Shown here: in pieces, positions 38,398 to 50,061 of the stretch | How the letters are laid out: each line of letters starts with the position of its first letter | Position numbering within the stretch: position 1 is the first letter of the stretch | Made by a program: the position numbers and the translations under genes | Source: Peribolospora baueri | Lineage: Eukaryota | Length of the DNA: 64,000 nt | Assembly (NCBI GenBank): GCA_029717555.1 | Contig: JAMDHS010000019.1 | Location: 124,001-188,000 of the forward strand | Reading direction: 5' to 3' | The notes under the pieces: generated by a model | Databases searched by the model: none | What the model was told of the DNA's origin: nothing | Seen by the model: only the letters and a program-made list of their open reading frames with translations

Positions 38398-38801
38398 CGC
38401 CGACCGAAGAGGGATGCGTGCATGCTTTCTGTGCATGTACACGCTCCACGCCGCTCCGTCGTCTCTCGCGTGGGGCGGACGTCGAGAGATGGAGGCGAGT
38501 CGCAAGGAGGAGGGGATGGGGAGCGGGCGTGATGAGGATTGAGAGGGTAGCGGTTTGAGGGACGGCGGACTAGGTAGGTCTGATTCAGGGGCGGACAGAC
38601 GCTGCCTGAATTGGCCTAGTAAGCGATGCGGTCGCCGATAGTGGAACGAGGGCGGTAATAAATGCGCCGTCGTGCGTGCGCTTATATGCCTATGTATATG
38701 CGCGGCAAAGCGAGCGAGAGGAGGAAAGGGAACGAGGTGGATTGGTGGCGAAGAAGGAAGAGGAGGAGGAGAGGGGTTTGCCACCGATGTCGACGATCAC
38801 T

Positions 38802-38832
<31 letters not shown>

Positions 38833-40605
38833 GGTGGAGGAAGGGCGAGAGATGAGACGGGGAGGGGAAAGATGAAAAAGGGAGAGGAAGGGTGGGAGAG
38901 CGGCGTTAAAGACGTCGTCGGTGGCCAGCCTGTGCCTCCTCGTCTCCGGCGGCCTAGCGAGACGCCGTCGGCCGAGTCGAGTCGAGTCGACGCGCTGGCC
39001 TGGATGGATCTGATATGCGCACGCAGGCCATCCGAAAACAGGAAACAGGGGTCGCCCACCTCCGTCGCCCTCGGTCGGATTTCCGACTCGCCTCACCAGG
39101 TTGTGTCGTTCATGCGAGGCTTGCGGCGGGTCGTGTGGATGGACGGTGGGAGCGACGGCGTCCCACGGTCATGTACACACAAACCGCGCCAGACAAGGCA
39201 CGTAACTCAACGGCGACGCCTTCATGCTCGCCGCCTGCGCCACCGGACGCAGACACAGAAAGGGGCCAGCGATGCGCCGAGCTAGATAAAGTCAGTCAGT
39301 CAAAACAGAGCCGACGCATGCTCACTATGGAGATCCCTCCGACGGCCACCTCGTCCGCCCGTGTCCTACTGTATGTACTTTACACGCTCGCTAGAGGCAC
39401 ATACCGGCCGACAGTCGATGGACATCCTACTGGGCGTACATGGGATATGGGGGGATAGGGGCTCCTCCCCCGCCCCGCTGCGCTCGTGCGGTCCGTCCGT
39501 ATCGGTCGGTCGCAGCGGGTTCGGCAATGAATGACGCGCATGTGCACACATGATTGCATCCGTCAAAAGCGGCTCCAACGACGATCCATCCCACCATTGC
39601 TTCCTTCCTTCCTCCCTCGACTCTCTTCTCCTTCGCCGCCTTGAATCGACGGGATGCACAGCCTGGGTCACCTACGTTACCGCGCTGGCTGAGGCGAGAA
39701 CGCGGGTCGTGGTCTCGTCATCTTGGATGACGAGTCCAACTACGGCGCTTGATCAGTGGCGCGAGAGGCAAGGCGAGGCGAGGCGGTGGGGTGTGACTGA
39801 ATGACCTTTTGAACGGAAGGACCAGTGGGCCAATTGAATGGCCGATCGAGTGGAGGCCGATCGATCGCTTGGGCCGCACAGACGTGCATTTCCAAACAAC
39901 GGCCGAGGCTCCGTTGGGACGACTCGATTGAATGGGCCGATAGGCGCACATGTCCAAACAACGGCCGGCCGACGATCGGATCGGCTGCGGTTCGGATGAG
40001 GGAAGCGAGAAGAGGGAAGGGCGAAGGGCGACGAAAAAAGGGGGCAGACGCACGGACAAGGAGCGAAAGAGACGACGGCGCGAGGATAGGATAGGGACAG
40101 GAAAGCGTCCGTTCATTAAATCGCATGCGACGCCACGGCAGACGCCGCGTTCGACATGCGCAACGCAACGCGCCCACCGCCGATCGCGCTCATCTCGCTT
40201 GCCCGTCGACGGCGGAGGCGAAGGCGGCGCCGCCGCCGCGGAGACAGGGGGATGGTGCATACGCGGCTGAGGCCAATCCGCCGCGGCCATCGCCGTGCCA
40301 TCGCCGTCGTCGTGCGCCAGTCGCCTTGGGCGGCGTTGCATCCGCGCCACACGCACAACAATTTGATCATCCTCCCGCCCGCGTTAAATGAACTCGAGAG
40401 ACCACGTGGCCCCTTCCCGATATGGCCCTAACCCTAACCCCGCATCCCCGTAACCCTATTCTGCGCGTGCCTCTCCGTGTGCCTCCGTCCCGCTGCCGCC
40501 GACCGGGAAGTGGAGGCCACGCCCGCGGGCGGTCTTGTTCCTCGACTACCGACGACATCGACGACCGACGACCACCTTCTTCCCAGCCTGTCACTCCGAT
40601 ACAAC

Positions 40606-41686
40606 ATGCCGCTCTTCGTGAGTACGGACGGGTCACTCTCTTACTGATTTCTTGTCCTCGACGACGGCGACGTCGGGCGGTCACCGTGTGGGCTACGTAG
40701 AGCGCGGGCCGAAGTCCTTCCTGTACGTGTCTCCCTGACGCCTCCATGGACCTTCTCTCTCTCTCTCTCTCCGCACAGGTCCTCACCCCCGCTTCGCTCG
40801 TCCACACCGCCCTCTTTACCGGGTATTACACCTACCTTGACGCCAGTGAGTCTTTATATCGCCGCTCTGTCCCTCTCAGCTCTGCTTGACGGCCGGTGAC
40901 GCCGAACGCGAAACTCCCTGTCTCCCTGTTCCCTCCCCGCCTCCCGCTAGATGCCGCCCGCCTCCGCTTCGCCACCGGCCTGATGATCGGCGAGGGCGGC
41001 GAAGGCTCTCTGCGCCTGCCCACCAACGCCACTACGTCCAACTCGTCCGTTGCTGCCGGCAAGGCCCCGCCTTCGGACGCGATCAAGAACGAGGTGAAGA
41101 AGGTCGAGCAGGAGGACGCCCTCAAGCTCGCTGTGCGCGCTCAGGCCAACTTTGCCGAGCATGTGCCGCTTGCCGTGAGTTGTTTTGTGTGTGCAAGATG
41201 TCCGATGGATTCTATATCGGAATCGGAAAGTCAAGTGCGAGCAAACGGACTGACGGCTTCGTGCCTTTCATCTCCCCAGTTTATGTCCGTCTTCATCGCC
41301 GAGCTCAACGGGGCGCCCACCTGGCTCGTCCATACGCTGTACTCGACGCTCTTTGTTGCTCGCGTGGTGAGGATGAACGACTACTCTCCTAGGCGACGGA
41401 CGAACCGCTGAACTTTTTTACGCTCCTCCAGCTCCATGCTTCCTTCGGCATCATCCCGTCCGACTCCGGCGCCGCCTTGGGAAGACCCGTCGGCTTCTAT
41501 ACCACGGTGAGTTGCGCCCCTCGAAGCCATGACGCGCTCGATCGATGCTTGGGAATCGCCTGCCCGGCTAAGCGTCGTCTCGCTTGCCTCCGCGTCGCTT
41601 CGCAGGGCCTCGTCACCCTCTTCGCCGGACTGTACAACTTGCGGCTTGGCTGGCCCGCTTTGAAGACCTTTTTGAACCTCAACTGA
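40606..41686 (+). CDS. MAPEG-family membrane protein (6 exons)
   Basis: MPLF|VLTP..YYTYL|..VRAQANFAEHVPL|..AELNG..LFVARV|LHA..GRPVG, matching the MAPEG RA.N..E..P and RxxH motifs. Confidence 0.85.
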
Positions 41687-42856
41687 ACTGACGCGGCGAC
41701 GGCGATGGCGATGGCGACTGGCGCTCTCCGAGCCGAGCCGAGCGACAGAGTGTTTGTTCCCCTTCTTTTCATCTCAAGCCGTTCAAAACGGCCGGTGTTC
41801 TATATCTACCTACCCCGCAACCGAACTGAGATATGATGGGTAGATCGGACGGAATGGCGACCTTTCCCATTTCTTTCTTTCTTTCTTTTTTCTTTTTTTT
41901 TTCTTTTTTTCTTTGCGACGAGCTCGACGGACGGCAAAGTGAAGGGGGCGGAGGTGGGTGCGTGGGAGGGGAAAGAAAGAGGGAACGGAGAGCACGCTGC
42001 GCTGGCACGACACGTCACGTCACGTCAGTCGAATAAGAAAAAAGAAAAAGAAAAAGAAAAGAAACGGGGAGGGCAAATAGTAGGATAGGATTCGAAGAAT
42101 CCTTGTCGTAGGAAGGGCCGCTGCGCTGCACAACGCACGGTCCGCTCCCGTTTCGTTTTTCTCCGTGGAATGTTTATTAGACGGACAGGACTGGACAGGA
42201 TAGCACGGTAAGGTCTTGCGCTCGCTCGCTTCTTTCGTGTATGTATGCATACGCACGGACGGACGGATGATCATGCGCACGGGCGGGTTGGGTCGGGTCG
42301 GGAGTACATGTTAAGGTTGGCTTCGTCGGACTGGCCGTCAGGCGCAGCGCCGGGTGGGGTGGTTTTGTGCTATCTCAGACGGCTTTCTTTTCTTTGGGCA
42401 GAGAGAAAGACGGGCGGACGGGGAGGCATACCATACATCGCCGCTGGACGACAAGGCGGCACGGACGGACGGGCGGACGGTCTCGGGAATTCTCGGGAAA
42501 GAGAGAGGGAAACAGGACGGAAGGAATATTGGGATCGGAATCGTAAGTCGGAATCGAGTGGGGTCGTGCATCGTGGGGTAGTCGTGATCAAGTTTGCGAA
42601 CGGAGGCGCCGGGGAGGGAGGGGAACACGAAGCGAAGCGAGGAGACGGAAAGGGAGGGACAGGCGGTACAGACGGGGAAGGCAAATGGGAGGGGTGTTCC
42701 GGAGGCGTCTGAGAAGGAAATGAAAGCGGGACGTCGGACATCTCATCTCATCTCATCTCATCTCAGCTCGACTCCAAATGAGCGAGCGATAACACAAACG
42801 ATGCCGAGGGAGGCCATGCATGCATGCCTGTACACAAGCATGGGATGGCGGCGGCA

Positions 42857-45063
42857 TCAAGCAGACTCGTCTCTGAGCTTGTCGATGCCGCGCTTGAATT
42901 GCTCGAGGAAGAGGAAAAGCAGGATCGTCTGCGGGGAGAGCCTGCCCACCCAAAGCAGAAGCGAAACGACGAGTCGAATCAGCGCGAGCGCGACCGCGAC
43001 CGCGGGGGCTCGCCGATGACGACGATGCGCACCTGATCCATGCGGGCGTCCAGCCGCGTAGAAAAACGGTCGGTCCGTCTTTTGCGAGCGAGGTGCGAAT
43101 GGTGGCGAAGATGCCCTGGGTTGCCAGATTGGCGGGTGCGTGCGGAAAAAAGAAGACAAAGCCCACGTCAGCCGAGGCATCTTGGCGCGGACAAACGAAG
43201 AGGCTTACCGCCCCTGGACCTGCGATCGCGTTCTGCACGCGGCTCTTGACCACGTCGACTGGAGGGATCAGAGTGGGGCAACGGGTCTGCCAGGTCAGCG
43301 AGATGGACGGGGCGAGTCGAGGAGCTTCTTCACTAACCTGGCGTAACCAGAGTGGTAGCGACGGTCCCCTGCGCGGCGATTCGACAGCGGACGGAACGAG
43401 GATCGAACGTTTGACATACATTCAGGGGCAAAGGACAAATGGGCCGGACGGGCAAACATTGGAACGTACGGCGAGGAAGCTAGCGCAAAAGTGCAAGATG
43501 GGGCCATCCTTGAATTGGTTCGTGCGGAGGAGCTGGACCTTGAAGATGTCGTACCTGTTCATATACGTTCGTGCAAACGGGAGGAATAGAGTTTGTGAAC
43601 GCCGCTTCACTTCTGATCCGCAGTGACGCGTTAAATGACACCCACGAAGCTAGTTGAGATGCGTTCATGAGAACGGAACTGGGCAGAACAAAGAGAGGGT
43701 GAGAGGAGACGGCGAAGGGTCAGTCAGGCCGAGGTCGGCCGGCACGCGTCGCCGTCGACTCACCGGACGACGTTGGGCACGACGCCCCTGAACAGTGTGC
43801 CCGCGCCCTCGTCGCGAAAGATGCGCCACAACCCGTCGAAGCAGTGCTGATCGAAGAAACGAAGACAATTCAGACGGGACGGGGCGTTGGGAGCGAGGGA
43901 AGGACGTCGGAAGCTCAGAGCATTCTGTTCGCGGCCGACAAATGACAAAGGGGAACGCACAGCGTAGTTGAACCGCTTGGCGAACGGCTTGTTGAGGTCG
44001 GACGTCATGCGAACGAGGACGATCTCTAGGGCCACGATGGAGGTGCAAGAGGGGCGTGATTGGCCTCTCCATGCCCGCAACGCGAGGAAAGGGACGGCGT
44101 TCACTCACCCGCAGGGTTGCCCGTCACGCCGGCCACCGCTCCGGCCGTCGAAGCACAGACGCCGAGCTGCCACGAAGCGAGGGGACGCTTGTCTGTAGGA
44201 GGCAAGAAGCGAAGGTAAGAGGCCAAGTTTAGGCGTCGACTCTGCCTAAATTTTTCGACGCGACGCGGACGCGGAACGCTCACGGCCCTCTCTTTTGCTG
44301 AGACGGTCCTTCATGTCTTCATACACGGCGAAGCGGGTGACCGAGTAGGTCATTTGGCGAAGCTATCGACGGACGGACGCAGACGAACGCGCGTGACATG
44401 ATCAGCAGGAGTGCCAAGACTGGCAGCAAGGACAAGCCCGAAGACGGTGTTGACTCGGTTCGGGAGCAGACTCTCACCAACGTGGCGCTGATGCCGTGCC
44501 ACAGTCCACGCACGCCGTCCGTCCTTCCTGTCTCGATGACGGTGCGGATCATGCCGCCCTTGTGGGCCATCGTCTGGAGGCGGCTGGGGTCGGGGTGCGG
44601 TGATGATGGGATGGGGTCAGCGAGAAGCGAAAGGTGTCAGGTGGGACGCTCGTCAAGAAAAGAAGAGCCGGGTCCTATCCTTTGCACCCTCCCCGCTGGA
44701 CCGTCCCGTCCACAGCAAAGACGAGGGGAGACGCACTACTTGGTCAAGTCGAGAGGGTGGGTGATCGACGCGGCGGTGGAAGCGGCTGCGCCTAGAGCGG
44801 GAGAGGGAGAAGGGATGAGCGGACGCGCCTCGTCGGCCGCCTTCTCGCACTCGCTCTCGCTTACCTCCGAGCCAGAAGGGGTACTTCTTTCTGGGCGCTA
44901 CGACGTCGGCTTGGCTCTGCTCCTTGATCGCATCGAGGCGGTGGGCGCCGGCGCCGGTGGCGTCGTTGAGGTGGTGGTGTGGGGAGGGCGGGTCGGAGTC
45001 GGAGTCGCGCGACTCGGCGGGCGAGGGCGATGGGGAGGGCGAGGGGAGAGTGCGGGAGAACAT
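42857..45063 (-). CDS. DIC1: mitochondrial dicarboxylate carrier
   Basis: YPFWLGG, THPLDLTK.RLQ, LRQMTYSVTRF, GNPAE..LVRM, TPVDVVKSR and FLRGWTPAWIRLSPQT, with three carrier signature repeats. Confidence 0.92.
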
Positions 45064-45784
45064 GATGAGCGCGGGAGACGAGGCGGGGTGGGACCGCCCA
45101 GCTTGTCTGAGAGGGAGAAAGGAAAAGGGGAGAAGAAGGGAAGGAAGAGAGTAAGGTGCGGAGGTGGAGAGGCGGCGGTGTTAAGAAGCGAGAGAGGGCC
45201 GGCGGTCGTCTGAGTCGCGCGGTCCGGGCGGGGGACGTCGTCTCGGCTGGCGCGCGCTGTGGATGCGAGTGGCAATGGGAGCGAGCGAGGAGGGCGGTAC
45301 AGGTCGTCGTCGTCGTCGTCGTCGCAGACCTGGAGACGACGTCGAGGGGAGAGGACAAGGGCGAGCGAGGTGAGTGGAGGCGACGGCGACGGCAACGCCA
45401 ACGACCGTCCCAGCTCTCAGCTTATACGGCGACGGTGGGGCCAACCGGGCCAGCGTGGGTCGCCGGCTAAACGGAGAGCGCGTGATGGTATCGAGTGCGA
45501 CATCGACGACGTCGTCCGCCGCCGGCGGGCGCCAGAGGGCCGAGTGGAGAACACCTGGGAGGGAAGAGCAGACGGCGATGAGCTAGAGAGACACAGAGAG
45601 AGAGAGCTGCGCGAGCACGCCTGGCGGCGGCCACGATGAGGACAAGACAGGGTGTCGACAGGATATCAGGATCGGACACGACAGAACAGGACACGACGGC
45701 CGTTCGTTCGCCTCGCCTCGCTCTCTTCTCTCTCCTCGACATCGCTCCCGACGACCAACGCGGGGAAGGTGACATCGGACGGAT

Positions 45785-46030
45785 TGACTGACTGACTGAC
45801 GACTGACTAAGCGCGCGCGCATTGACTGCGGCATCATGCTGCGGCAGCTGCGGCGTTAGGGGTCCCGTGGGAAGGAGAAGCTGATGCGCGTGCCCCGACG
45901 ACGACGACGACGGCGCTGGCGAGGAGTGTTGGTGGCTGCGAATGCGATTGCGAATGCGAATGCGAATGCGAATGCAAGTCCTGCCTGAATCGGCGGCGAT
46001 TTCGTGTATCGTATCGTATTCGTATTCGTG
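45785..46030. repeat. microsatellites (GACT)n, (GAATGC)n, (TCGTAT)n
   Basis: Direct reading of the DIC1/kinase divergent intergenic region. Confidence 0.8.
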
Positions 46031-46990
46031 TATCTAGTCAATCATTCTTGTCTGTCTGGTCTGTCTGCAATTGTCGGGCATTGCGTGAAACCGAGGCGAT
46101 CTGCCAGCGTGGGTCCTGTCTGTCGCCCGTCCTCCGTCCCGGCACGTCTCGTTTTGTCCTTGTCCTTGTCCTTGTCCTGTCTCTATCCTGTCCTTACCCC
46201 TGACCGTGGGCCTCCGAGAGGGCCACGTGGCGGGCGGCCTTCTGTCGTTCCTGGACATCAGGTCATCGCATAAAGAAGCGGCGAATCGCACTTACATTGT
46301 CCTTTGTTCTCGCGCTTATTCCCGCTGTTATCCTTCCGCTTACTCTTCTTCCTAATCGCCCCTTTACCGACTTCCGGTCGCCGCTCGCCGCCGCCGCCTC
46401 GTCGTCGCCCGCTGCCGTCGTTCGTTCGTTCGAGTGCGGCTCGTGGTCGTCGTCGCCGTCACTTTACCATCGCCGTCGTCGTCGTTGCACGTCTTGACCT
46501 TCATCACCACCACCACCATCACCATCCTCGCCCTCGTCACACCCAACCCCCTATCTCCTCCCCTTCTCCACCGCCTCTCTTTCTTCTTCTCCGCCCTCCC
46601 TCTCCTCCCTCCTCCTATTCCCGCTCCCCTCCCTTCGCCTTCCCGCCGCGTGGCAACCTCCTTCTTCTCCACCCGCTTTCCACCTCGACCTCGACTCGAC
46701 GCCGGCGCCGACTTCGCCGACGCCGCACCTACCTACCCTCAATCTGTCCTCCACCGCGCAGTCGTCCCGCCGCTCATCCCCCGTCCCACAGCGCCCTTCC
46801 ATACCCCCGCTCGTCGCCGTCGCCTCGGACATTTCAGCTTCGACCGGCACAACACCCCCTCCTCCTTCCTTCCCTTCGCATGCCCCTCCAACCCCTCTCC
46901 CACCACCACGCCATCTCACCCACGCTCCACGCACCCTTTCTCTCCCACCACGACGACCGTCCACGCGCATAACACCCTCCCTTCCTCGCC

Positions 46991-49197
46991 ATGGGTGCCC
47001 TTTGCTGCAGGCCGGAGGTGAGTCTCCCCTATCCTTTCTTCCTCCCGCTCCTTCCATCTTCCTTCTCATCCCTCCTTCCTCCCCCTCCTTCTCATCCCCC
47101 AGGTGATCGACTTCGACGGCCCCGTCGACCTATACCACTTCTACCTCCTTCGAGCCGTCGGTAAAGGCGCTTTCGGAAAGGTCAGGGTCGTCCAGCATAA
47201 GCAGACCAAGGTGAGCAGGCCGGAAAGGAACGCACGAGCCCAATTTAGGATCGTCTGGAATACGGTCTAGGAGGAAACGCGCTCAGCTTTCTCTCTCTCT
47301 CTTTCTTTCTTTCTCTCTCTTTCTCTCTCTCTCTCTTTCTTTCTCTCTCTTTCTTTCTTTCTCTCTCTCTCTCTCTCTCTCTTTTTCTTTCTCTGTTCCT
47401 GTTGAAAAACCACAGGCCCTTTACGCGCTCAAGTACATCAACAAGGCAAAATGCATCAAGATGCGCGCCGTGAGCAATATCATCCAAGAGCGTAGGCTTT
47501 TGGAGGAGATCGAGAGCCCCTTTGTCTGTAACTTGCGGGTGAGTGTCGCTTGCCCGACGGCGTCTCGAACATGCTCGGCCCTCATCCCCGCCTCTCTTTC
47601 TCACCCTTCCAGTACGCCTTCCAAGACGACGAAAACCTCTTCATGGTCCTCGACCTCATGCTCGGCGGAGACCTACGCTTCCACCTCGACCGATCTGGCA
47701 ACATGAAGGAGGAAGTCGTCCGTTTCTACGTCGCAGAATTGGCCGTCGGATTGGATTACTTGCATAAGAAGAGGATCGTCCATCGGTCAGTCACCTCTTT
47801 TTATCCTCCGGCGCCCGCTCCTTGACACGCTGACGCCCTGTCTCCCGCCTTGGCTGTATCGAAACAGCGATCTCAAGCCAGATAACGTTCTGTTGGACGA
47901 AAAAGGCCACGCCCACTTGACCGACTTCAACATCGCCGTTCACTTCTCCACCCGGCGCGCCTTGACCAGCGTAGCGGGAAGCATGGCCTACATGGCACCG
48001 GAGGTGCTCCTGAAGCGCGGTTACTTCAACACCGTCGATTGGTGGTCCCTTGGCGTCATGTGCTACGAGCTCCTCTTCGGCCGCCGACCGTTCCGCGGCA
48101 AGACCAACTCAGCGCTCACGCACTCCATCATGAACGATCGGATGTTCTTCCCAGAGAACGTACACAACATCGTCAGCTCCGAGTGCTTGAGCTGTTTGAA
48201 AGGGGTGCGTCATTGGACCGGACGCGTCGCCTGCCGTCCCTCCCGGTCCCTCCCGATCTGCTGCTCATCCGCCTCTTCTTCTCGTCGTCTCGCAGCTGCT
48301 CGAGCGCGACGTCACGAGGCGACTAGGCTGCCGAATAAAGGACAACGGGCTGGAGGATTTCAAAACTCACCCTTGGTTCAAGGGCATCGATTGGGTCGCC
48401 CTTGAGAACAAAGAGGTCCAGCCTCCTTTCGAACCGGACGTGGGTGTCACGTCAGCGGTCGCGTCCCCGACTACGGATCGGTTCCATCGTCATCCGTGAT
48501 GACCGCTTCCAACTGACCTATCCATTTGACTTTTTCTCTTTCCCCCCCGGCGCCCCTCCCAGTCCAAAAAGGCCAACTTTGACGCGACGCACGAGCTAGA
48601 AGAGCTCCTCCTGGAAGACAACCCGCTTAAAGCCAAGAAGCGCTCAGCCAACCAGGACCTCGACTCTATGCCACAAGAGATGCGATATATGGAAGAAAAG
48701 TGGGTGCTTCTCCTAATTCCTTCTTTTTTGTTCGGGTCGCGCTGACGAGCGAAGGGCTGTCATCACGCGCTTTCTCGGCCACCCGCAGCTTCTTGCCCTT
48801 CGACTGGGTCAAGCAGAGCCGACGTTCCTACTTTGCACCACGACAGGCGAAGCGCGCCGCGGACACGTTTGGCACCGTTTCCGTCGCCACTGGCTCGTCC
48901 ACCCTCCCCATCGGCGAGCAGCCCCTGGCGGAAATGCAGACGATTGGCGCGGGCGCCGTGCCGCCGGTGCGGGGCTCGGGACAAAACAGCAGGCCAGCGA
49001 GCCCGGCGGTGGTGATGAGCGAGGCGGCAGCGGAGAAGGTACCTCTCCCGCCCACTCCCGTCGACGCCCCTGGTGCCGGCGCTGGCATCTACGGCACGGG
49101 GAGTTACGGCGCGGGCAGCTACGGCGCCAATGGCAACGGATCGGGCTACCCCATGGGGTACGAGTTGCGAGAGAGGGCTCAGACGCCGGTTCGTTAA
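46991..49197 (+). CDS. AGC/YANK (STK32-like) Ser/Thr kinase
   Basis: MGALCCRPE|VIDFDGPVDLYHF, VGKGAFGKV, YALKYINK, GGDLRFHL, HRDLKPDN, LTDFNIA (DFN as in YANK), GSMAYMAPE and ANFDATHELEELLLEDNPLK. Confidence 0.92.
47288..47395. repeat. (CT)n/(CTTT)n microsatellite in a kinase intron
   Basis: About 100 nt of nearly pure pyrimidine dinucleotide repeat. Confidence 0.9.
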
Positions 49198-50061
49198 TCT
49201 ATTTCTTTTTCTACCTCTTTTGTTTCCTTTGGTCTCTCTCTCTTTTTTTTTTATCCTCGTCGGTTCAGTCGGACCGGCTGGCTTCGCTTCACCAATACCA
49301 TACACAATCCTACCCGCCGACGGACGTCCCTCCCTTCCCTACCATGCCTGCTTTGTCTTTTTCCTTCCTTCCCATTCCTCCCACGCACTCTCTCTCCCTT
49401 GATTTTGTCTTTTTCAAGTTTTCTTTATTTCTTCGAATGTAAGAGATACCCCCTCATCCTCCGCCCTTCCGAATCTCAATCTTCTTTCCGCCCTTTCGCT
49501 CGGGCGTGTCGGGTGATGACGGACGGGTCTTCGCGTCGCTTCAAACCGGAGAGTTTGGCCGATGTCGTCACACATGGTCATAAACCCATCTTGGGGGCGT
49601 CTCCCCTCTGACGCACGGCCCTGCAACAAGCAGAAGCTTATTCCCTCCGGCTATTGGACGAACAAGCTTATTCCCTCCCGTCTATTGGACGAGGGGAGAA
49701 GCGCGCTGTCTCCATCGATGGGGCGGGCGCAGGTGCGGCCTTTGCTGACACACTATGTGCACTGATCGATCCGCATAGCAAAGGGGCTTGCTTTGCTTGC
49801 TGACACACGCCCATCGATGGATGGGAAAGGCACGCTTGGAAGGGTCATTCATCCAGGTCTACGCGGGCGCCGGCCATAGCCCATGGCCATAGGGCGCGGG
49901 TTGGGGGGTGGGGGGAATGGGAAGGACGGGCGCGTTGTCGCTTTTTACCTCCTCGACAAATACCAAGCTCCTCGAAAGCAACAATTACGCCGTTGCCTCT
50001 CTCCCTACCTCCTCAGGCAGCAAGCAACCCTTTTCTTCTCCCTCGTCCCACACACCAAAAG

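Noticed and set aside
33073..45063. SDR + Zn-cluster TF + MAPEG + carrier as a metabolic gene cluster
   Set aside because: No backbone biosynthetic enzyme or shared pathway. Adjacency alone is not evidence.
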